NCBI GenBank assembly: GCA_050916045.1
Contig: CP051526.1
Location: 1,696,001 to 1,760,000, forward strand
Reading direction: 5' to 3'
DNA: 64,000 bases
Source of the DNA: Tepidisphaera sp.
GTDB lineage: Bacteria > Planctomycetota > Phycisphaerae > Phycisphaerales > UBA1924
The notes under the pieces were generated by a model. That model made no database searches, was not told where the DNA came from, and was given only the letters and a program-made list of their open reading frames with translations. The position numbers were made by a program, and so were the translations under genes. Below, piece by piece: positions 56,590 through 64,000 of this stretch (positions are counted from its first letter, which is position 1; every line of letters begins with the position of its first letter).

Positions 56590-58338
56590 TCACGCTTTCT
56601 TAGGCCGCAGGGCTTCTGGCACGAATTCCAGGTCGCTCGCTTCGCGGACCGCGATGTCGATCTGGAACTGCATGACTTCCGGCGCAACCGGCGGCTGGTA
56701 GTCCGCCAAAGCATCCCGCAACGCGGCTTCGAGAGCCAGGCCCGGCGTCGTCTTGACGGTTCGGTAGAGCTTGACCGCGAGGGCCTCCGCTGCGCCCGGC
56801 GTGAGGCGGAGCGGGATGAGCGGCTCAAGGTCATCCGGGTGCTGTTTGTCCAGAGCGAGGCCCCGCTTCTTCGACAAAGCCCGGATCAGGCCCCAGCTTT
56901 CCGCCGGCGTCGTCGTCGGCAGAAGCGGGATCTTGACATCGACGCGGCCCGGCCGCTTGAGGTCGACCTCGATCAGGTCCGGGCGGCTGCTCGCGAGGAT
57001 CCACATGATCTTGCCGCGGTTGCGGGTGTTGCTCATCTCCTCGGCGAACATGGAGTAGACGCGCCCGCCGACGCCGCTGTCGCCCGATTCCGCCTGCCGC
57101 TTGCCGAGTGCCTGGTCGGCTTCATCGACGAAGACGACGCAGCGGCCGAGGGCTTTGAGCAGGCGGAAGATCGTTTCGAGGTTCGCTTCCGTCGAGCCCA
57201 CCCAGCGGTCGCGGAAGTTCTTGAGCTTGACGACCGGCACGCCCGCCGAGCCCGCCAAGCACTCGACCATGTACGTCTTGCCCGTGCCGACGGGCCCGCA
57301 GATGAGGTACCCCATCGGCAGAGCCGCGAGGTCGTTGTTCTTCCACAGGGCGATGTCCTGCTTGAGGTGCTCCTTGACCTTCTCCATCCCGTGGATGTCG
57401 TCGAGCGTGCGGTCGGGCTTGATGAACTCGATCAGGCCACCCGTGTCCTTCTCGATCATCTGCTTTTTGATGTCGGTGAGGTCGCTGTCCGCGATGGGCT
57501 GCTTCAGGTGCTGCCGCGTCTTGAGCATCGACTCGACGGCGCTGACGGTCGTGCCGGAAAGAGCCGCCGCGAGCTTGCCCAGGTCCTTGCCGAGTTCGCC
57601 GAGCGCCGCTTGGAACGTCGGCGCGAGGTGTTTGAGCGTCCGCTCAAGCTCTTCCGGCGTCGGAAGTGGGACCACCATCCGGGCCGTCCGCGGGTTGTTC
57701 ACGAGCAACGGGTGCAGGTCCGCCACGTTGTCCGTCAGCAGGAACGTCGCCAGCGGATGGCCGGTCAGGAGCGGTTCATTCGCCCATTCACGCAGGTGCA
57801 TCGCGAGGGCGGAGAGGTTGTAATCGGTCGAGCCGCGCACGGCGGGGGCGATGAGGGCCGCGGACTTGATGAAGACCGCCGCGTGGATCGGTTTCTGGCC
57901 CATCAGCCGCAGGTTGGCGATGTATCGCAGGTAGCCGGTGAGGAACTCGACCGCGAGGCGCGGCTCGCGTGGGACGTTCGGAGCGGCTTTGAACGTCGGC
58001 CACTGGCTGAAAAGCTCCCCGCCCTTCTCGACGCGGATGCCGTTGCCCAGGTCGTAATGGATGACAACGTCAAACCGCGGTAGGAGGGTCGCGGTGATGA
58101 AATCCGTGAGCGTGCCGAGGCGTGGCTTGTCTTCCGGCTTGCCCCCGTTCGTCGTCGCGGCGCTGGGCACCGTCACGAGCGACAGGTCCATCACGTTGCC
58201 CGAGATGATGAACTGGCTGGAAGCGTGCGATTCGTACTGCGTCACGAGGTCGCGTGCCCACTGCGGGAGCGGAGCCTGCGCGATGTCGGCGGTCGTCGCG
58301 GGGCCGGCGTTCGGGGTGGATGGAGTCGCGTCGGGCAT
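56590..58338 (-). CDS. Classical-clade AAA+ ATPase with extended N-terminal region
   Basis: GPVGTGKT, RWVG pore loop, VFVDEAD, ASSRPDLIEVDLKRPGRVD (second region of homology). Confidence 0.92.
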   Translation of the reverse strand: MPDATPSTPNAGPATTADIAQAPLPQWARDLVTQYESHASSQFIISGNVMDLSLVTVPSAATTNGGKPEDKPRLGTLTDFITATLLPRFDVVIHYDLGNGIRVEKGGELFSQWPTFKAAPNVPREPRLAVEFLTGYLRYIANLRLMGQKPIHAAVFIKSAALIAPAVRGSTDYNLSALAMHLREWANEPLLTGHPLATFLLTDNVADLHPLLVNNPRTARMVVPLPTPEELERTLKHLAPTFQAALGELGKDLGKLAAALSGTTVSAVESMLKTRQHLKQPIADSDLTDIKKQMIEKDTGGLIEFIKPDRTLDDIHGMEKVKEHLKQDIALWKNNDLAALPMGYLICGPVGTGKTYMVECLAGSAGVPVVKLKNFRDRWVGSTEANLETIFRLLKALGRCVVFVDEADQALGKRQAESGDSGVGGRVYSMFAEEMSNTRNRGKIMWILASSRPDLIEVDLKRPGRVDVKIPLLPTTTPAESWGLIRALSKKRGLALDKQHPDDLEPLIPLRLTPGAAEALAVKLYRTVKTTPGLALEAALRDALADYQPPVAPEVMQFQIDIAVREASDLEFVPEALRPKKA

Positions 58339-58347
58339 GATTGGTCC

Positions 58348-59142
58348 TCAGTTTCGCGAGCGGACAAGGTCGTCGTCGAGATCGATGCTCCCGGTGCTGT
58401 TGCCGAAGAGCCGGGCATCGAGCATCTGGCTTGCAAGCTCGATCCTTGTCGAGACGGCTACGGGCTTGCCGCGGAGCGAGGCTTCGTCGAGCGCAAGCTC
58501 GACCTGGGTGCGGATGCGCTGGAGGTCGCTAGTGATCTCGCTGATCGCGACCTCGCGTTGTTCGGCCACGCTCAGCCGCTTTCGGAGCAGTTCGAGGGTC
58601 GCGGTCCTGGACTTGCGGACCGTGTCCGTGAGCGTCTCGGAGCGAAGCTCGAGTTCCACCGCGTCGATCGAGGCGCGAATTCGTGTGGCGGCCGAGCCCG
58701 CCGCGGCCTGGAACAGGCGCTGCTTCTGGTGGAGGAGGCGGACCGAGAGCCCCCGGAGCTTGTCCAACGCTTCGGCCGTCGTGCGCATCTCGGTGTCGTC
58801 CGCGCCCTGTTCGCGGTAGAGCGTGAGCACCTCCTGGCACTTGAGTCGAAGCTCGTCCAAGGCCCGGCGCGAGTCGGCGTCGAGCTGGGCTTCGAGTTCG
58901 CTCGTCGCGAGGGACGGCTCTCCGCGGTTGCCCGCCGCCGCGTCGATCACCGTGCGGAACCGCGGGCTGCTGGCGAGGCCGAAGGTAAGCCCACCGATCA
59001 CGCCCACGCCGAGAAGCCAGATGGCGGGGTGGATCAGCCCGAGAATGGCGAAAGCGCCCGCGCCCAGGGCGATGAGTGGCACGTCGCCCAGCCCCGCGAT
59101 CCGCGGTCGTGCCCAGAACGCGGCTTTGACGTATTTGAGCAT
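58348..59142 (-). CDS. Membrane protein, two TM helices plus long coiled-coil domain
   Basis: Hydrophobic N-terminal hairpin followed by helical heptads. Confidence 0.8.
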   Translation of the reverse strand: MLKYVKAAFWARPRIAGLGDVPLIALGAGAFAILGLIHPAIWLLGVGVIGGLTFGLASSPRFRTVIDAAAGNRGEPSLATSELEAQLDADSRRALDELRLKCQEVLTLYREQGADDTEMRTTAEALDKLRGLSVRLLHQKQRLFQAAAGSAATRIRASIDAVELELRSETLTDTVRKSRTATLELLRKRLSVAEQREVAISEITSDLQRIRTQVELALDEASLRGKPVAVSTRIELASQMLDARLFGNSTGSIDLDDDLVRSRN

Positions 59143-59161
59143 GCTGGGGTCGGTGGAGGAC

Positions 59162-59908
59162 TTAGTTCTTCACTTCGCCGTTGCCCATCGTGCGGGTGGC
59201 GTCGGCGACGGGCGCGGCGGAGTTGCCGGGGAGCGCGATCCCTTCGGCGGCGGCGAAGTCGGCGAGCGCCTGGTCGGCAAGGGCGGTTTGCTCGGCTTCC
59301 TTGAGACGGATCTCGCCCATGCTCATCGAGTCCTGAGCCACGCGGACGCGGCCGGCGGCTTTCTGGCGGTCCTCCTCGACCATGTTGTGCAGCCGATCCA
59401 GCGTGTCGCCCGAGCCGCCGATCTTCGTGACCATCCCGGAAGCCATCTCCGTGAGCTCGGCCATCGCTTTCTTGACTTTGAGGTCGTCCAGGCCGCGGCG
59501 GAGGGACTCGATCTTGGCCTGGGCCGCCGCGATGGAGACGTCTCGGGCCTTGAGGAGGTCCTTGTACGTCGTCTCGGCCTGCTCAAGCTGGACCTGATTC
59601 TCCGTCAGTTCACGCTCGATCGTCTGAAGCTGCAGAGCGTACTGGGCCGCCGCGGCGCGGTTGCCGACCTTGAGGTTGGCGGACGTCTTGGCCCGCAGCT
59701 CCTGCTGGTCCTTCTGGAGCTTCTTGACCTGCGTCATCAGACGCTCACAGAGGCCCGCATGGCTGGCCAAGCCCTGGTTGTACTGCCCGATCTGCTTCCG
59801 CAGATTCTCCTTCTCCACTTCCAGAAGAGCCTCGGGATTCTGCCGCTCGATTCCCGAGATGAACAGGCTGAGAAACCCTTTGATGAGGTTGGCGATGCGC
59901 TGAAACAT
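59162..59908 (-). CDS. PspA/IM30-family protein
   Basis: GGAG RBS; amphipathic MFQRIANLIKGFL, NPEALLE, continuous coiled coil. Confidence 0.88.
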   Translation of the reverse strand: MFQRIANLIKGFLSLFISGIERQNPEALLEVEKENLRKQIGQYNQGLASHAGLCERLMTQVKKLQKDQQELRAKTSANLKVGNRAAAAQYALQLQTIERELTENQVQLEQAETTYKDLLKARDVSIAAAQAKIESLRRGLDDLKVKKAMAELTEMASGMVTKIGGSGDTLDRLHNMVEEDRQKAAGRVRVAQDSMSMGEIRLKEAEQTALADQALADFAAAEGIALPGNSAAPVADATRTMGNGEVKN

Positions 59909-59965
59909 GTCGATCTCCAAAGGCCCTTTGTCGGGCGGTGGGTGAGCGTAGGGGGGCGTCTTCTT

Positions 59966-61210
59966 CTATTTCCGCTGCCAGAGGACCTGCAATTCCGTGA
60001 TCACGCGGGGTTCGGGAGCCTCGCACATCGTCGGAAGATCGATCTTGAGGCCATAGGACGCGAACTTCGTAAACGGGCTGTCCGGGCCTTTCACCGGGAC
60101 CTGCACGTTCGCGGGCCTGAACCCGAGCTCGAGAGCCCGGACCTGCGCGGGCTCGGACATGAGATAGTCGAGGAACTTTCCGGCCGCCTCGCGCTGCTCG
60201 GGAGCGGACCATGGCACGTTCAGCACGTAGTAGGGGTTGTCGTTCCAGAGATTGCGGTCCGGATACACCACGCGGAAGGGTTCCCACCTGCCCTCGGCCG
60301 CCGGGATCATCTCGATCACCGTGCTTTCGTACACGAAGAGGACGTCAAAGCTCGAAGGCCCGCGCTGCACCATCTCCCGCATCAGGTTCCCGGTGCTGTT
60401 CGAGCTTGCCACCGCGGCTTTCATCAGCGGCTTGGACCATCCGAGGTAGTCCGGGTTGCTGACGTCGCCCAGGGTCAGCCCCGAAGTCTTCTGGGCAAAG
60501 TCGTACCCCTGGAGGATCAGCGTCATCAGGCCGCTGTTTGATTCGGCGGGGTTGGTGTGGCCGTACTTGAGGAAGCCCCACGGCTGCTGGGCTTTCTGCT
60601 GTTCATCGGTCAGCCCGCGGATGGCCTGCCACGACCCGTTGCTCTTGCTCAGGGCGTTGGCGATGGCGCGGAACGAAAGCTCCCGCTGTGAAGCGACAAA
60701 CGCTTTGTACCGCTCCTCCCACATCACCCAGACCATCGGCGTAAACGCGAGAAACTCGGCTTTGGCGATCGGGTCGGCTCCGGGATGCTTGAGGGCCCAT
60801 TCGTCGGTGAGGATGGGGCGGTAGATCGCGCTCGCGGGGCTCCAGACGTGGATGTTCTTGGCTTTGTCGTCTCCGCGAAGGACCGCCTGCGCCCCTTCGA
60901 CCGAGCCCATCGGGATGAGCTCGACGCGGATGCCCGCACCCGCCGGGCTTGTCGCGAACTGCTCCACGGCCCAGGTCAGCCAGGCCCGCTTCTCCGTTCC
61001 GTACGCGATGCCGATCGACACGGGCGGCTTGGCCGGCGGGTTGACCGCTTCGGGTGAGGTCGGTCGGTCCGAAGAGGGGGTCCCTCCGCCCGCCACGGGC
61101 TTCCTGAGAAACCAGTACGCGGCTCCGCCGATGCACCCGGCGAAAAACAGGAAGACCACGAGCTTGCCGATGAGGGTGAGACGCTGACCTTCGTTCGTAG
61201 GCTGAGGCAT
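59966..61210 (-). CDS. Membrane-anchored solute-binding-protein-fold protein (vWA-associated type)
   Basis: TM; YGTEK, WSPAS, KYGHTNPAESNSG, VYES, FRP. Confidence 0.85.
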   Translation of the reverse strand: MPQPTNEGQRLTLIGKLVVFLFFAGCIGGAAYWFLRKPVAGGGTPSSDRPTSPEAVNPPAKPPVSIGIAYGTEKRAWLTWAVEQFATSPAGAGIRVELIPMGSVEGAQAVLRGDDKAKNIHVWSPASAIYRPILTDEWALKHPGADPIAKAEFLAFTPMVWVMWEERYKAFVASQRELSFRAIANALSKSNGSWQAIRGLTDEQQKAQQPWGFLKYGHTNPAESNSGLMTLILQGYDFAQKTSGLTLGDVSNPDYLGWSKPLMKAAVASSNSTGNLMREMVQRGPSSFDVLFVYESTVIEMIPAAEGRWEPFRVVYPDRNLWNDNPYYVLNVPWSAPEQREAAGKFLDYLMSEPAQVRALELGFRPANVQVPVKGPDSPFTKFASYGLKIDLPTMCEAPEPRVITELQVLWQRK

Positions 61211-61227
61211 GGATGCTCCGTGAACTG

Positions 61228-63018
61228 CTAGAAGAAGGTCGCGATTTCCTTGAACACCTTGCGGATGTTCCCCGTGTCGCCCTTGAACGCCCGAGCCTGC
61301 GTGGTGGAGGAGATCTGTTCCAGGATCTTCTGGTCCGCCTCGCCACCGTAGCCGATCATGAAGATCCGCGTGCTTCGCACCTCGGGGTCAAACGCGATCC
61401 GCTTGAGCATCTCCGGGAGCTTCAGCGAGCTGTTGCGATCCTCCCCGTCACTGAGCACGACGATCGCCGTGATCGCTTTGTCGTCCTTGAGGTCCTGAAG
61501 GAAAGCGTGGGCTTCGGCGGTCGCGTCATACATCGCCGTCCCCCCCTCGGCCGTCAGCGAAAGGACGGTTTTCCGGATCTTGTCGCGGCTTTCCCCGACC
61601 GATGCACCCTTCACAAGCCACGTCGGCTTGCTGTTGAACGTCAGCAGCGAGAACGTGTCCTCCTCCGCGAGCAGATCGATCAGCTCCGCGGCTCCCGCCC
61701 TGGCGTTCTGGATCCGCGAGTCCTTGTTCATGCTTCCCGAGACATCAAGCACAAGCACCACGTTCGAACGCTTCTTGTTCTTCTTCCAAAGCGAGATCGC
61801 CCCGTCGATCACGCCCGCTTCGGGAGTCTCAAGCGTGGTCCTCGGCTCCTTCGGGTTGACGCCGTGCGCGAGGTCGATCGGCGAGCCCAGCGGGATCGTG
61901 ACATCCGAAGGTCTGAACCCAAACCGCATCGCCGTCTCCTGCTGAGGCCGGTCCAGCAGATACTCGATGTATGCCTTCGCCCCTTCGCGGTGGGCCGGGC
62001 TCACGTGCGGCAGGTCAACCACGCCGCACGGGTTCTCCGTCCAGAACGTCCCCTCCTTCGGATAGATCGCGACAACCGGGAACGGAGTCTGGTACTTCGC
62101 CGTGTCGTACGACTCGATCACGACGTTCTCGTAAAGCACCGCCGCCGACAGAAACTCCGGCCCCGTGCTGAACATCTTGCGTCCGAAGAACCCCGTCGAC
62201 TCCCCGTAGTGGACGATCGAACGCTGGACCTCCGCCATCTCCTTCGTGACCTCCGGGAGCGCGAGATCCGCCGGCGTCAAGCCCTGCGTCTTCTTCGCGC
62301 CGGCGTACGACAGGGCGATCACGCTCATCAACCCCGAGTTGCTGTACTCCGGATGCGTGTGGCCGAACTTGAACTTGCCCCACTGCGGGAAGCCGTACGT
62401 CGCCCACCCCGCCGGGTCGCGCGTCACCGCCGCGATCTCCTCCCATCCAAGGGGCTTGTCCGGCCATCCCAGCGCCTCGGCCATCGGCTTCCACATCGCG
62501 ATGACCACCGGCGACATCACCAGGTCCTTCGCGTCGCTCACCAGCGGGGTGCCCGACTTTGCCTGCTGCCGTGCGTTGGCGAGCGTGATGAAGGCGCGGC
62601 TCGCGGGGCTGATCAGGTGGGCCTGAAGCCGCCCGCTCAGCGTCTCTTCGACCGCGTCGCCGGACCCCATCGCGATCGGCTCCACCCGGATCGTCCGTCC
62701 GTCGGCCGTCTTCCGCTTGGACTGATTGAATCTCGGCGTGACGTCCTCGATCCAGAGCTTCTTCTCCGAACCGTACGGGAACGTCAGCACCAACTCGTTC
62801 TCGCCGGCCTTCGACTCCGACGGCGAGGACGCCGCACCGGCCGCCTTGTTCGCGTTCTTGGGCGATCGGTCGCAGCTTGTCAAGAATGCGCTAAGCCCGA
62901 CCGACAGCGCGGTCATCAACAGAAAACCACGCAATCCGCGTCTGATTCGCCCGGCGAAGGCTCGCTCTGGGCACCCACGTTCTTTGTCCGCCGCACCCAC
63001 GCACTGGGGTAACCCCAT
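61228..63018 (-). CDS. Lipoprotein: SBP-fold domain fused to a vWA domain
   Basis: AGGAGG RBS; LTSC; YGSEK, FGHTHPEYSNSG; MIDAS DVSGSM, GGTAMYDA, LSDGED. Confidence 0.92.
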   Translation of the reverse strand: MGLPQCVGAADKERGCPERAFAGRIRRGLRGFLLMTALSVGLSAFLTSCDRSPKNANKAAGAASSPSESKAGENELVLTFPYGSEKKLWIEDVTPRFNQSKRKTADGRTIRVEPIAMGSGDAVEETLSGRLQAHLISPASRAFITLANARQQAKSGTPLVSDAKDLVMSPVVIAMWKPMAEALGWPDKPLGWEEIAAVTRDPAGWATYGFPQWGKFKFGHTHPEYSNSGLMSVIALSYAGAKKTQGLTPADLALPEVTKEMAEVQRSIVHYGESTGFFGRKMFSTGPEFLSAAVLYENVVIESYDTAKYQTPFPVVAIYPKEGTFWTENPCGVVDLPHVSPAHREGAKAYIEYLLDRPQQETAMRFGFRPSDVTIPLGSPIDLAHGVNPKEPRTTLETPEAGVIDGAISLWKKNKKRSNVVLVLDVSGSMNKDSRIQNARAGAAELIDLLAEEDTFSLLTFNSKPTWLVKGASVGESRDKIRKTVLSLTAEGGTAMYDATAEAHAFLQDLKDDKAITAIVVLSDGEDRNSSLKLPEMLKRIAFDPEVRSTRIFMIGYGGEADQKILEQISSTTQARAFKGDTGNIRKVFKEIATFF

Positions 63019-63088
63019 GATGCCTCCTGAGCCCGGAGGTCATTCCGGGACTACAGGGTGCATTCTATCCGAAATGCAGCCGTCGAAA

Positions 63089-64000
63089 TCAACCCTTCCG
63101 GGCGACCCAGCCGTACTCGACGTACTCGTTCGTCAGCGTGCCGTCGTCCATCAGGTCAAGCACGGCGTACCCCGGCTGGCAGGTGCGGTTGGGGCCCTTC
63201 CACCAGCCGCCGCTCACCGCTCCGTTGCAGAAGTACTTGACGCCGTTGTACTCCACGCGATCGAGGAGGTGGATGTGCCCCGCGACGCACGCTTTGACGT
63301 GCGTGTGCTTCTGGAAGAGGGCGCTGAGCTTGGGGAAGTCGGTGTGCATCTTGCCCCCGGCGAGCACGCGGTCGCCCGTCGCGTTCGTCTTGAGGCCCTC
63401 AAGGGGCGTCACCGACAGGATCGGAGCGTGCGAGAGGATGAGCGTCGGCTTGGTTGTCGCCGCGAGGTCCTTCTCAAGCCAGTCGAACTGCTCATCGTCG
63501 AGGAACGCTTCGTACCCGTTGGGGTCGTTCTTGTCCTCGCGGATGCTGTCGAGGACGATGAAGTGCCATCCGCCCTGGTCCTTGCTCGTGTACGGCTTGT
63601 CGCGCTGGAACTGCTCGCAAGCCCAGGCTTTGCCCCAGCCCTTCTCGTCGCCGGTGGTCTTGCTCTTGCCCTTGTGCCAGCCCCAGATGTCGTGGTTGCC
63701 CAGAGCGCTGAGCATCGGGGCCTGATGGGCGTCCTTCACCGTCGCGTTCCAGAGGTCCCAGAGGGCTTTGGAGCGGCCGTGCTCCTGCTCGAAGGAATCC
63801 ATGATCGTGTCGCCGCCGGTCAGGATGAGGTCGGCGGGCTCTTTCATCGCGGCGATGTGCTTGAGGCACGCCGAGACGCCTTCGTTCGCGGCGAGCTCGG
63901 GCTGGATGTGCATGTCGGTCATGTGGACGACGCGGAGGGCCCGCTTGGGCCTGCTCATGGGCGTAGCAAGCGGCGTGGCGAAGGGGGAAGCGGCCTTGGC
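63089..64000 (-). CDS. Calcineurin-like metallophosphoesterase, probably 5'-partial
   Basis: TDMH, GGD, GNHD, SH, GHIH; frame is open to the window edge. Confidence 0.9.
   Translation of the reverse strand, partial: AKAASPFATPLATPMSRPKRALRVVHMTDMHIQPELAANEGVSACLKHIAAMKEPADLILTGGDTIMDSFEQEHGRSKALWDLWNATVKDAHQAPMLSALGNHDIWGWHKGKSKTTGDEKGWGKAWACEQFQRDKPYTSKDQGGWHFIVLDSIREDKNDPNGYEAFLDDEQFDWLEKDLAATTKPTLILSHAPILSVTPLEGLKTNATGDRVLAGGKMHTDFPKLSALFQKHTHVKACVAGHIHLLDRVEYNGVKYFCNGAVSGGWWKGPNRTCQPGYAVLDLMDDGTLTNEYVEYGWVARKG

Overview
High-GC bacterial DNA, most likely from a Phycisphaerales-type planctomycete (inferred from two proteins carrying the DFNxDGFxDFFDY dockerin-like repeat, tandem CxxCGY...CPECG membrane proteins and an ECF sigma/Ser-Thr kinase pair). 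The window has two parts. Positions 1 to ~25,750 look like the right arm of an integrated island: IS3-family remnants, gene fragments, and an apparent displaced tRNA-Ser 3' end followed by a terminator at ~25,731-25,780. The island carries a large FN3-repeat surface protein and an unusual ~20-kb cluster. The cluster encodes a membrane-anchored Clp-type pseudo-ATPase, an intact stand-alone Clp-D2 ATPase, a VirD4/TraD-like coupling protein with no VirB or relaxase genes in view, small proteins with basic C-terminal tails (one an HNH nuclease), a degenerate zeta-toxin-like protein, an ankyrin Ser/Thr kinase, an FHA-FHA-ABC exporter, an M48 peptidase and lipoproteins. This cluster is the best candidate for an undescribed system. 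The rest looks like core chromosome: ECF/STK, a CARDB protein, tRNA-Tyr, GH127, trpD, a giant low-complexity membrane protein, argR-C-B-F-G-H, rpoD, dnaG, acylphosphatase, ROK, an amidohydrolase, three Zn-ribbon paralogs (one with a nonsense codon), an SBP-vWA/SBP/PspA/membrane protein/AAA+ operon and a partial metallophosphoesterase. All calls come from reading motifs by eye; no database search was run.
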